A DNA stretch of 64,000 bases from Lacisediminihabitans sp. (GCF_043726815.1 NZ_JAYSJZ010000103.1:9870-73869), one strand, 5' to 3'; positions 28,138 to 36,867 are shown, counted from the stretch's first letter. The notes: generated by a model from the sequence alone, not told the origin. Translations and numbers: made by a program.

Positions 28138-29637
28138 CTACTTGGTGAGCGGGAAGATGGTTCCGCGGTTCATGATCCCGTTCGGGTCGAACGCGGATTT
28201 CAGAGTCTCGAGCATGTACAGCGATGAGCCGTACTCCTCGGCCAGGAAATGAGTGCGGTGTTTGCCCACACCGTGGTGGTGGCACATCGACCCGCCCAGC
28301 TTGAGGGTCTCCTCCACGATGATGTTCTGAATCGGGTCGTGGTAGGTGGCCCGTTCCTCAGAAGGATCGACGTCGATCTTGTAGTAGTAGACGAAGTACA
28401 TGTTGGTGCCGTTGAGGTAGCTGTGGCTGGAGTGGCCGCCGAGAAGGCTGAAGTCCGCCGGGATCTCGCTCCGAATGCGGGCCATCGCATTGGTGTAGAT
28501 GTCGTGGATCACGCTCCAGTTGCCCGAGATCTCCGTGGTGAAGCCGTTGATCAGGGTGTCGCGAATCTCGACCCGTTCCTCCTCGATCTTCGAGACGTCC
28601 CAGTTGAGGTTGTCGAACCAGTCCGCAATGAGTGTGTCGTCGACGCGCTCGGCGGAGTCGAACGAGGCCACGATCTCTTCGATGGCCGTTCCGGTGGCGT
28701 CGGCGATGGGCTTCGGTCCCTCGGCGACGAAGATGAGAACGCAGCGGCCGTCCGAGAAGTGCTTGAAGTGGAAGAGTCCGTCTTCGCGGTCGTAGAGCCG
28801 AGCCACGGACGGTCGGTAGCCCTGGGTGATGACCTCGCGCAGAATCTCCAAGCCCGTCTTCATGTCGTTCAGCAGGTAGCCGTAGAAGCGGTTGTTCTCG
28901 GGGTAGTAGCGGAAGATCTTCACGGTCACTTCGGTGATGAAGTTGAGGGCGCCCTCGTTGCCGATCACCAGGTGCCGGATGTCCGGTCCGGCCGCGCGCC
29001 GCGGTACGTTCTTGATGCGGCAGATTTCGCCGTTGGGAAAGACCGTTTCGACCCCGACGAGCATGTCTTCGATTCCGCCATACAGGGTGGAGAACTGCCC
29101 GATGGAGCGGGTCGCGACCAGGCCTCCGTATTGGGCCAGGGGCTTGGACTGCGGTGAGTGCCCGGTCGTGTAGCCGATCGCGCGGAGCTCGTTCTCGAGA
29201 TCCTCGAGGCAGACTCCGCACTGCACGGTGGCGAGCATGTTGGCCGTATCGATGTTCAGAATCTGGTTCATGCCGGAACCGTCGACGACTATCGAGTTCT
29301 CGACGACTGTCTCGAGGCCGCCCTCGGTGGCGGATCCGCCCGACTTCGCCACGACGTTGATACCGTTGGCGTTCGCGAACACCAGCACCCGCGCCACCTC
29401 CTGCGGCGTGCGGGGCTTCACGACCGCCGCGGGCAGCGGCAGCGCGTAGATTCCGAAGATGTTCTCGACCTTGTAGTAGCGATCCGCGCTGTTGTCCTTC
29501 AGCGTCTGCTCATCGGTTATCACCCGATCGCTTCCGAGAATCTCGACGTAGGCACTGACGATCTGCTCACGCGTGAGGGGCGTCACTTCGACTGATTCAG
29601 TTCGTTCTCGGTGTTCCGGGTTCCTGGTGTTGAGCAC
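28138..29637 (-). CDS. FAD-linked oxidase (PCMH-type FAD-binding; alkyl-DHAP-synthase/GlcD-like)
   Basis: FAD-binding region VVAKSGGSATEGG plus GHSPQS...GGLVATRSIGQFSTLYGGIEDM. GTG 29637 (AGGCGG upstream) is preferred as the start. The track start at 29667 is a TTG inside the leader terminator U-tract. GTG 29586 is also possible. Confidence 0.8.
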   Translation of the reverse strand: MLNTRNPEHRERTESVEVTPLTREQIVSAYVEILGSDRVITDEQTLKDNSADRYYKVENIFGIYALPLPAAVVKPRTPQEVARVLVFANANGINVVAKSGGSATEGGLETVVENSIVVDGSGMNQILNIDTANMLATVQCGVCLEDLENELRAIGYTTGHSPQSKPLAQYGGLVATRSIGQFSTLYGGIEDMLVGVETVFPNGEICRIKNVPRRAAGPDIRHLVIGNEGALNFITEVTVKIFRYYPENNRFYGYLLNDMKTGLEILREVITQGYRPSVARLYDREDGLFHFKHFSDGRCVLIFVAEGPKPIADATGTAIEEIVASFDSAERVDDTLIADWFDNLNWDVSKIEEERVEIRDTLINGFTTEISGNWSVIHDIYTNAMARIRSEIPADFSLLGGHSSHSYLNGTNMYFVYYYKIDVDPSEERATYHDPIQNIIVEETLKLGGSMCHHHGVGKHRTHFLAEEYGSSLYMLETLKSAFDPNGIMNRGTIFPLTK

Positions 29638-29656
29638 GATGTCCGCCTGTTCGTGG

Positions 29657-29700
29657 GTTAAAAACAAAAAACAGCGATCCCCTCGAAAGGGAGTCGCTGT
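29657..29700 (-). terminator. Intrinsic terminator in the 5' leader of the FAD-oxidase operon (candidate GlpP antitermination target)
   Basis: Minus-strand sequence is AACAGCGACTCCC-TTTCGA-GGGGATCGCTGTT followed by TTTTGTTTTT. The stem has 12 pairs with one mismatch, and it lies upstream of the start codon. Confidence 0.75.
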
Positions 29701-29932
29701 TCTCTAAGTTTTGAGCAACAGTTCCGGACAAAGCCGGAACGGGTATGAAGTTGTAGGTTTCGCGGAAGCCTAGCACGGCCACTGACGAGGACTCCCGGCG
29801 GCTCCCGGCGATCGGCCCTGGAACACGCCGGGTTCATCGGGCCTAGTCTGGGAGCGGCTGGCCGCCGAAGAGACCAGTGTCTCCGATGCCGGATCGCACG
29901 TCAGCGGGATCTTCAACGAAGGAAGTGGAAGC

Positions 29933-30538
29933 GTGCCAGTAACGCCGAGCAGAGTCCGCCCCAGGGCCGACGAATCGTCGAGAATCGACGGCGTCCTGTC
30001 GCTCCATCCCGTTATCGCGAGCATCAAGGACGAGGATGGGCTGAGGGCGGTCATGCATGCCCCGTGCCCCGTCGTCTTCGTGCTCTTCGGATCCGTGATG
30101 ACCATTCGCGGCATTGTGGCAGCCCTGAAGGACGCGGGCAAGACGGTCTTCGTGGATGTCGATCTGCTCGATGGATTCTCGAGCAAGCCGATCACGGTTG
30201 ACTTCCTGAAGGCCCATACCGAGGCCGACGGCGTGCTCAGTTCGAAGTCCATCATGGTGAGGGCGGCGAAGGCTGCTGGTCTCCTGGCCGTTCATCGACT
30301 GTTCCTTGTCGATTCGTTCAGCTACAACAACGTGTCCAAGCAGGTGAAGATCTCGGAGCCGGACGCCATCGAGATACTGCCGGGATGCATGCCGCGGGTG
30401 ATCGGGTGGGTACGGAACGACACCGACATTCCGCTCATCGCCGGGGGACTGGTCTGTGACAAGGACGACGTCGTGGCCGCCCTGGGCGCCGGGGCCAGCG
30501 CAATCGCGTCGTCGAACCGCGACGTCTGGCTGATGTAG
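29933..30538 (+). CDS. glpP: Glycerol-3-phosphate-responsive antiterminator GlpP-family protein
   Basis: 201 aa. PVIASIKDEDGL, VFVDVDLLDGFSS, AIEILPGCMPRVI and PLIAGGLV match the G3P_antiterm (GlpP) layout. GTG start with AAGGAAG upstream. Confidence 0.75.
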   Translation: MPVTPSRVRPRADESSRIDGVLSLHPVIASIKDEDGLRAVMHAPCPVVFVLFGSVMTIRGIVAALKDAGKTVFVDVDLLDGFSSKPITVDFLKAHTEADGVLSSKSIMVRAAKAAGLLAVHRLFLVDSFSYNNVSKQVKISEPDAIEILPGCMPRVIGWVRNDTDIPLIAGGLVCDKDDVVAALGAGASAIASSNRDVWLM

Positions 30539-30546
30539 AGCGGCAG

Positions 30547-31110
30547 TCAGGTGACCGTGATTTGCGCGTACATTCCAGCCTCGTAGTGGCCGGGCAGGTT
30601 GCAGATGATCTCGTAGCGGCCGGGACGCAGGGTCACGGTGACCCAGCCGATCGCGCCGGGAAGGATTCCCTCGCCGGACCCCTCGGCGCAGCTCGACGAC
30701 GCCTCGCCCACGCTCGCGGATTCGTTCACCGTGCCGTCGTCGCCGATCTGGCGGGAACCGGCGAGTTCGCCTCGTGGCAGCGGAAGGATCACGAGTTCGT
30801 GGCTCACGGTTCCGGTGTTCGTCGCGACGAAGGTCACCCGCCCCGCCTGAACGGTCGCGCGGTCGGAAATCAGTCGCATGGCGCCCGCTCCCATCCCGCC
30901 CGCCATCGGCGCCCGGCGCATCCCCCGGTTGACCAGCGTGGCGTTCACCACCGTGCCCGAGGTCGATGTCGGCCCGGCACAGGGTTGCCCGAGCCGCGCG
31001 CTCGAAGGATCGGTCGCCGTGAGAAGACCCACCGTGACCAGCGAGCCGGCGGTGAGCAGCACCGTCGCGACCGCGCTCCACAGCAGCACGCGCCCACTGA
31101 CCGCTGTCAT
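30547..31110 (-). CDS. Cupredoxin-fold (type-1 copper-like) secreted or membrane-anchored protein
   Basis: N-terminal TM/signal, His in VSHELV, and the C-terminal ligand pattern ICNLPGHYEAGM (Cys-x4-His-x4-Met). Confidence 0.75.
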   Translation of the reverse strand: MTAVSGRVLLWSAVATVLLTAGSLVTVGLLTATDPSSARLGQPCAGPTSTSGTVVNATLVNRGMRRAPMAGGMGAGAMRLISDRATVQAGRVTFVATNTGTVSHELVILPLPRGELAGSRQIGDDGTVNESASVGEASSSCAEGSGEGILPGAIGWVTVTLRPGRYEIICNLPGHYEAGMYAQITVT

Positions 31111-31355
31111 TCCTTACGCCTCAGCGCCGCGCGACGCGCCGTGAACTCCTGCTCATCGATCTCGCCGCGCGCGAATCTCTCGTTGAGGATGCGCTCGGCG
31201 TCCTCGTGCACCCGCGCGCCCGGCACATCTGCGTGGGTTCTCCGCGTGAACAATGTCACGAAGACCGCCACGACGCCGCCCCAGAACAGCAGCATCACGA
31301 GTCCCATGACGATCCAGCCCACGACGCCCCACTGGCTTCCGAATCCGTACATCAT
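31107..31355 (-). CDS. SHOCT-domain small membrane protein
   Basis: ATG 31355 with GGAGG upstream, one TM, and the C-terminal ILNERFARGEIDEQEFTARRAAL (SHOCT signature). Its stop overlaps the cupredoxin start. Confidence 0.75.
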   Translation of the reverse strand: MMYGFGSQWGVVGWIVMGLVMLLFWGGVVAVFVTLFTRRTHADVPGARVHEDAERILNERFARGEIDEQEFTARRAALRRKE

Positions 31356-31464
31356 GTCGCCTGCCTCCAGGTTCGACGCTACGGCGACGGGCCGAGCGGC
31401 ACCGGGACTTAGGCCCCGCGACAACCCCCCGGAGCGTGTGGTCGGGTCGATGAAACGGCGGTCC

Positions 31465-32070
31465 TCACCGTGGCCGCGGCCGAAGCAGGTGGGCCGCCTC
31501 GCGCAGAGCATAGAAGACGATCACGAGCCCGGCGGCAGGATCGGCCCACCACCAGCCGACCAGTTGGTTGAGCGCGAGCCCCACGAGCACGGCCACCGCC
31601 AGCAGCCCGTCGATGAAGGTGACCGAACCTTCGCTCACCAGCACCGGGTTGCCCAGTGCCAGGCCCGTTCGTCGCTTGGCGAAGGCCAGCGCGAACATCA
31701 CCACCGCGGTCACCGCGGTCCAGGCGATTCCGCCCACGCTGGGGGTGGCGTGGTGCCCGTTGAGGATGGCGACGAGCGACTGCACGAGCAGATAGCCGGC
31801 CAGGCAGAGGAACGCGATCCCGATGATGCGCAGTGCCCGGCGCTGCCGCGCCTCCCCGGTGCCCCGGAGCTCCCAGATCACGACGGTGCTCGCCCCGATC
31901 TCGATGAGGCTGTCGAGTCCGAACCCGGCGAGCGCCACCGACGAGGCGCGAACGGCCAGCACCGCAAGAACCGCGAGACCGACGACGTTCCAGGCCAGCG
32001 TCGCCCATTCGAGGCCGAGCCCCCGGCGTCGCAGCGCGCTCGTCATGTCGGTCGGGCTGGAGTGTGGCAT
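31465..32070 (-). CDS. Cation-efflux (CDF-like) membrane protein, transmembrane domain only
   Basis: 201 aa, ~6 TM, with AGFGLDSLIEIGAS and FIDGLLA motifs that resemble the CDF TM2/TM5 metal site. Confidence 0.6.
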   Translation of the reverse strand: MPHSSPTDMTSALRRRGLGLEWATLAWNVVGLAVLAVLAVRASSVALAGFGLDSLIEIGASTVVIWELRGTGEARQRRALRIIGIAFLCLAGYLLVQSLVAILNGHHATPSVGGIAWTAVTAVVMFALAFAKRRTGLALGNPVLVSEGSVTFIDGLLAVAVLVGLALNQLVGWWWADPAAGLVIVFYALREAAHLLRPRPR

Positions 32071-32149
32071 CAGCCGATTCTGTCAGCTTCGCGACCCTGC
32101 GTGGCCCGGCGCCTCCCGCCGAACCGTCCGGACGATTAGTGTCTGTGCC

Positions 32150-32671
32150 ATGATGACCAACAGCATCCCGCGATTCATCGATGTTGCCTACACGATCGGC
32201 GTCGTGGTCAAGGGAATCGATGGGGCCATCGAATTCGTGGTGGGGCTCCTGCTCCTCGTGGCGCCCGGCCTGGTGCACAGCGTGCTTTCCGCGGTGGCAT
32301 CCGAGGCGCGGGAGGGGAGTTCGGCCACCACCAGGCTCATCAGCGACTACGTCGCCCGTCTCGACTCACAATTGGCCCGAAGCGGCCTCGCCTTCCTCAT
32401 CGCGTTTCTTCTCATCCACGGTGTCGTCAAACTCGTGCTCGTCTACTGCCTTCTTCGCAAATTCCACCGGGTGTATCCGATCGCGATCGGCGTGCTCGTG
32501 GTGTTCCTCGCCTATCAGGCCTATGCGTTCGTGACCGCGCCGAGCATCGGGCTGGCCATCTTCACGGTGCTCGATGCGCTGATCATCTTCTTCGTCTACC
32601 GGGAGTACCGCCAGATCAGGCCGCCGAAGAGCCGCACCGGATCGGAGTCCGCGTCGCGGCCGGTGAATTAG
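32150..32671 (+). CDS. DUF2127-like membrane protein
   Basis: ATG 32150 lies within ORF 31823..32671. The product starts IPRFIDVAYTIGVVVKGIDGAIEFVVG and has four TM; 173 aa. Confidence 0.65.
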   Translation: MMTNSIPRFIDVAYTIGVVVKGIDGAIEFVVGLLLLVAPGLVHSVLSAVASEAREGSSATTRLISDYVARLDSQLARSGLAFLIAFLLIHGVVKLVLVYCLLRKFHRVYPIAIGVLVVFLAYQAYAFVTAPSIGLAIFTVLDALIIFFVYREYRQIRPPKSRTGSESASRPVN

Positions 32672-32695
32672 CATGGGGGACGGCGACGACTCGCG

Positions 32696-33967
32696 GTGAG
32701 ATCGTCGCGAAGGAGCAGTGTGCCACAGAATCACGGACGAGACGCGGCCCTCGAGGGCACCCTCGTCGGCGATCGCTACCGCATCGAGAGCCTGATCGGT
32801 CGCGGCGGGATGGCGTCGGTCTACCGGGCGCGGGACGAGTCGCTCGGTCGCGCGGTAGCGCTCAAACTCTTCGACAGCAATGCCACGGATGCCGAGGCGC
32901 TCAGGCGGGAGACCTCCGAGATCCGGCTGCTCGCCTCGCTGAACCACCACGCGCTGGTCACGCTGTTCGACGCCAACGTCGAGGGGGACCGGTCTGATCA
33001 GCGCGCCTACCTCGCGATGGAACTCGTGGATGGGCCGACCCTCCGGGCCAGGATCGAAAACGGCCCGGTGGCCGAGTCGGACGTCGCGGCCATGGCCGCC
33101 GACCTCGCCGAGGCGTTGCACGTCGTTCACGACCGGGGCGTCGTGCACCGGGACATCAAGCCGGCCAACATCCTCCTCGCCCCCTCTCCGGTGTCGAACC
33201 GGGAATTCCGGGCAAAGCTCGCGGACTTCGGCATCGCTCACCTCATCGATTCGACGCGCCTCACGACCCCGGGCACCGTCGTGGGCACGGCGGCCTACGT
33301 CAGCCCGGAGCAGGCCAAGGGGGAGGCGCCGGGCGCCCCCACCGACATCTACGCCCTGGGTCTGGTGCTGCTCGAGACGCTCACGGGCACCCGCGAGTTC
33401 CCCGGCTCGATGATCGAATCGCTCGGCGCTCGGCTCGCCAGGGACCCCGTGGTACCGGCGAGCCTCGGAACCGCGTGGGTCCAGCTGCTCACGGCAATGA
33501 CGGCCCAGAGTCCGGCGGAGCGTCCGTCCGCGCTCGAGGTCGCCGAATCCGCCCATGCCATCGAGCGCAGCGCGGGTTCCCAGCTCGACCGCAGCGACAC
33601 CGTGGCCTTCGCCACAGCCCAGGACGGCCTCGACGCTGCCGACTACGCGCCGACGGCTCTGATGACCGACGTGCCGACCGCCGTTCTCGGCGGCCACACT
33701 GCGCCGGCGGCCGCCGTCCAAGCCCCCGGCGATACCGGCCAGCGCACCGAGGTCATGGGTCGCGAACCGATGCCGCGCCCTCGACGACGATTCCCTCGAC
33801 GCGTCCTGGCGGTGGGTTTCACCGTGCTCGCGCTGGCGGCCGTCGTGGTCGTGGTCCTGCTGTTCGCCCACGGCAACCCCGCTCCGGTTCCGACCGCGTC
33901 CCTGCCCTCGGTGGGCGGCCAACTCGACGCGCACCTTCGCCAGCTTCTCGCGAGCGTGACCAAGTGA
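32696..33967 (+). CDS. Hanks-type Ser/Thr protein kinase with a C-terminal TM anchor
   Basis: GRGGMASVYRA (P-loop), AVALK, catalytic loop HRDIKPANILL, DFG, and SPEQ in the activation segment. A TM segment VLAVGFTVLALAAVVVVVLLF follows. Confidence 0.9.
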   Translation: MRSSRRSSVPQNHGRDAALEGTLVGDRYRIESLIGRGGMASVYRARDESLGRAVALKLFDSNATDAEALRRETSEIRLLASLNHHALVTLFDANVEGDRSDQRAYLAMELVDGPTLRARIENGPVAESDVAAMAADLAEALHVVHDRGVVHRDIKPANILLAPSPVSNREFRAKLADFGIAHLIDSTRLTTPGTVVGTAAYVSPEQAKGEAPGAPTDIYALGLVLLETLTGTREFPGSMIESLGARLARDPVVPASLGTAWVQLLTAMTAQSPAERPSALEVAESAHAIERSAGSQLDRSDTVAFATAQDGLDAADYAPTALMTDVPTAVLGGHTAPAAAVQAPGDTGQRTEVMGREPMPRPRRRFPRRVLAVGFTVLALAAVVVVVLLFAHGNPAPVPTASLPSVGGQLDAHLRQLLASVTK

Positions 33968-34371
33968 TGGGCGCCCGCCGAACGCGGATGCCGGTTCTCG
34001 CGGCAGTGGTTCTCGTCAGCGTGATGCTCGCCGGATGCGCGCCGACCACCGATCTGAGCAAGGATGCCGCGTCGTCCCTGCAGGCTTCCGTGCGGCTCAT
34101 CGCCGGGCAGGCCGCCTCGAGAGACTTCGCGGCCGCACTCGCCTCGCTCGATTCGCTGCAGAGTCAACTCGACGGGGACATCGCCGCCGGACTCGTGAGC
34201 CGCGACCGCGGCGCGCGGATCCAGGCCGCCATCGACCTGGTGCGCGCTGACCTCGGGCCGAGGGCCACGCCCACCCCCTCACCGACCCCGTCGCCCAGTC
34301 CGACCAAGGACAAGGGACCCGGCGGCGACAAGGGACCCGGCAAAGACAGGGGACCCGGCAAAGACGGCTAG
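33967..34371 (+). CDS. Lipoprotein, unknown function
   Basis: ATG 33967 overlaps the kinase stop. It has a signal peptide with lipobox VMLAGC, a helical domain, and a PTPSPTPSPSP plus KGPG-repeat tail. Confidence 0.65.
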   Translation: MGARRTRMPVLAAVVLVSVMLAGCAPTTDLSKDAASSLQASVRLIAGQAASRDFAAALASLDSLQSQLDGDIAAGLVSRDRGARIQAAIDLVRADLGPRATPTPSPTPSPSPTKDKGPGGDKGPGKDRGPGKDG

Positions 34372-34437
34372 GGTCTCCCTCGCCGGGGGGACCTTTGGCA
34401 CTGTCAGGACGTCACCGGGCGGTGTCACGGTAGCCCG

Positions 34438-35076
34438 ATGGAGTCCATCGCCGCGGTCCACGACTGGCCACCGGCATCCCGTGAGCAGGCACCGAAGGAG
34501 CTGAGGTCCCGTTCGCGGATGCTCAAGGTGTTCGCCACTCGGCTTGCCGCGTGCAAGGGCCCGGCCCTCCGGCAGGCGGCAGCCCAGATCTTCCTTCTCG
34601 AGAGCGACCTGGCCCGGAATGTGGTGGGCGCGCTTCGCATCGACGCAGAGGCGATCGAGGCGATCGACGTTCATCCCCTCGGACGAGTGATGATCGTCGC
34701 CGGCCCGCAGGCCTCTACGCTGCGAATCGCCGTGCATGTTGCCGCCTGCGCCGCCGCGGGCAACTCGGTCTCGCTGGCACTCACCAGCACTCCGAGCCGA
34801 CAGACCCTGGAGCTGGTCGATAGCCTCCGAGCGCTCGGTCTCGAAGTCCTCGACTGGGCGACGCCGGATTCCGACGGGAGATGGGCGGCCCTTCCGGATG
34901 ACCTCAACGTGGCGATTCTCACGCGCACTCACGTCTCGGTCGAGAGTCAGCCACCGGTGAACTGCCCGGGGGACTGCGGCGAGGTGCGCTCCCGCACGGC
35001 AATGATTCGCTTGTACAGCGACTCGCTCAGCTACCGGGTGCCGATCATCGTGTGCGCACCGATCGACCCCGCCTGA
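34438..35076 (+). CDS. Hypothetical protein
   Basis: 212-aa ORF with a coding-like GC3 pattern. There is only a loose resemblance to the aldehyde-dehydrogenase cofactor-domain region (HPLGRVMIVAGP...AAAGNSV). Confidence 0.45.
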   Translation: MESIAAVHDWPPASREQAPKELRSRSRMLKVFATRLAACKGPALRQAAAQIFLLESDLARNVVGALRIDAEAIEAIDVHPLGRVMIVAGPQASTLRIAVHVAACAAAGNSVSLALTSTPSRQTLELVDSLRALGLEVLDWATPDSDGRWAALPDDLNVAILTRTHVSVESQPPVNCPGDCGEVRSRTAMIRLYSDSLSYRVPIIVCAPIDPA

Positions 35077-35080
35077 GCGG

Positions 35081-35536
35081 TCAGGCGAGCGGGAAGACGA
35101 TCCTGGTGCGCCACTTCGCCGGGTCGGTTTCGCCGTCGGGGCCCACGAGATACTCCTCGAACATGTCCTCGGCGGGAGTGAGCTTGTGATCGGCGATCCA
35201 CGAATTGATCTCGGCGTAGGTGTCAGCGAGGGTGTCGTAGGACCCGACATGGGTTGCCTCCACCGCGCTGCCGCCGGGGAGGGTGGCCACGACGACTTCG
35301 CCAGCCGGGGCAACCTGATTCGAGACCGGGAAGCCGGCGGTCACGTCGATCGTGCCTGTCGGCATCCCGTGATAGAGGGTAACGGGAGGGCCGGCGGGGA
35401 ACGCTCCCTGCTTGCCCATCTCGGCTGCGGCCTCCGCGAAGGCACGCCCGAAGAACTCGGTCATCTCGTTCATCGGAATGACCTCGTGCACGCCGCAGAT
35501 CGTGCGCGGCTCAAGCTCGACTCGTGTGACATTCAT
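35081..35536 (-). CDS. GyrI-like small-molecule-binding domain protein
   Basis: ATG 35536; 151 aa. The layout (EVIPMNEMTEFFGRAF ... THVGSYDTLADTYAEINSWI ... MFEEYL) is typical of GyrI/SbmC-like effector-binding domains. Confidence 0.7.
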   Translation of the reverse strand: MNVTRVELEPRTICGVHEVIPMNEMTEFFGRAFAEAAAEMGKQGAFPAGPPVTLYHGMPTGTIDVTAGFPVSNQVAPAGEVVVATLPGGSAVEATHVGSYDTLADTYAEINSWIADHKLTPAEDMFEEYLVGPDGETDPAKWRTRIVFPLA

Positions 35537-35661
35537 GCTGATGCTCCGCTCCCGTTCACCTGCGGCACGGCACCGATCGACGCCGATGCCCTCCAACCTA
35601 GGCCGGCCGCCGCATCACCACGAGGGACCTTCGGCCCCGATCACCGCCGCTGCCGGAGCGG

Positions 35662-36735
35662 TCAGAGTGCCGCGTGAGGCGTCGCGAGTGCGAGCGCGAC
35701 CGTCGCGAGCCCGGCGAAATCGGCCGTCATCTCGAGATCGGTGCCGCGGAACTGCGGCTTCCCAGACGCTCGCGCCACCAGCAGGATCGACTCCGCCCGG
35801 TTGGGGGCGATGAGCGGCACGACCATGCCGGGCCCAAGCGTCCCCTCCCGCAGGATGCCGAGTCCGGCCTCGGAGCAGTCGTCGATCAGGATCGGGTGGC
35901 GCCCCTCGAAGATGCCGTGGGCACGCGCGCCGGGCACCGGGAGCACTGCCGCGTCGAGGGCGTCTTCTTCCAGCCCACGAACGGCACTCACGACGAGCGA
36001 ACCGGTGACCTGGCTCACCTGGAGAAGGGCCACGAAGTCCGCGTCGGTCAGCGCGATCAGCCGGTCAGTGAACAGATCCATCGCCTCGCTGTCGGCACTC
36101 GTCACGAGCGCGGAGGCCACCTCGGCGGCGGTCGCCGTCCAGTCGCGACGGACACGCAGCTCCTCAAGCACGCGACCGTGGTCCGCAGCAAGCGCCACGG
36201 CCGCCGCCCACTCCTCGAGAATCCTCTCGTCACGGTCGCCGAACAGCCCGGACTTGTGGTTGCAGAGATACAGACAGCCGAGAACGGAGTCGCCGATCGC
36301 GACCGGCACTCCCAGCAGGCTCTCGACCGTGCGGCGCTCGGCGATGGAGCCGGATGTCGTGGCCGGGGGGCTTAGCCTGATCGGCATCGGATTGTCGAGA
36401 ACGAGGTCGACGATTCCCAGTGGCGAGTCGAGGTTGCCCGCCGCGTCAACCTGCTCGGCTCGGGCGACCGAGACGAACTCGGTGAGCACACCGTCCGGCG
36501 AGAAGAGCGCGAGGGCGCCCGAATCGGCACCCCCGGCGTCCACCGCTGCGGTCACCAGCCGTCTCAGCACAATGCGCAGCGACGCGCGATCATCCGAGGC
36601 AGCTTCGATCGTCGCCGAATCGAACCGGGCATCGGCGCCTCCGGTAGTGGCGACCCCACCAGCGGATCGACGGCGGGCACGGTCGTCGGTCTCGGCCAAC
36701 TGGTTCGTCACGACTACTCCCGCCCCTGGGCACAC
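35662..36735 (-). CDS. Tandem GAF-domain protein without a recognisable output domain
   Basis: There are two GAF-like modules (…SLLGVPVAIGDSVLGCLYLCNH… and …GPGMVVPLIAPNRAESILLVAR…). The start is uncertain (ATG 36735 or a nearby GTG). Confidence 0.65.
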   Translation of the reverse strand: MCPGAGVVVTNQLAETDDRARRRSAGGVATTGGADARFDSATIEAASDDRASLRIVLRRLVTAAVDAGGADSGALALFSPDGVLTEFVSVARAEQVDAAGNLDSPLGIVDLVLDNPMPIRLSPPATTSGSIAERRTVESLLGVPVAIGDSVLGCLYLCNHKSGLFGDRDERILEEWAAAVALAADHGRVLEELRVRRDWTATAAEVASALVTSADSEAMDLFTDRLIALTDADFVALLQVSQVTGSLVVSAVRGLEEDALDAAVLPVPGARAHGIFEGRHPILIDDCSEAGLGILREGTLGPGMVVPLIAPNRAESILLVARASGKPQFRGTDLEMTADFAGLATVALALATPHAAL

Positions 36736-36832
36736 GGCGCCCCGGTAGTCAAAGCGACCGGGGTCTGGGGTTGCTCTTCTCCAGAGTACGTCCCACTTTG
36801 GGGGGGCGCTAGTGCCACCTCGCGCGCTAGTT

Positions 36833-36848
36833 TCGAATCTATGTTCGA
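36833..36848. promoter_or_regulatory. LexA (SOS/Cheo) box-like palindrome upstream of alkB
   Basis: TCGAATctatGTTCGA compares with the actinobacterial consensus TCGAAC-N4-GTTCGA (one mismatch). It lies 20 nt upstream of the GTG start at 36868 and is followed by the -10-like TAGCGT. Confidence 0.55.
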
Positions 36849-36867
36849 ATTAGCGTAGGCTTGTCGC

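Noticed and set aside
29638-29667. The track start codon (TTG at 29667) for the FAD-oxidase ORF.
   Set aside because: It lies inside the U-tract of the leader terminator. A GTG at 29637 with an AGGCGG Shine-Dalgarno-like element is more plausible.
34438-35076. Annotation of this ORF as an aldehyde dehydrogenase fragment.
   Set aside because: The resemblance is limited to a short cofactor-domain-like stretch and the catalytic Cys/Glu regions are absent. It is kept as a hypothetical protein.
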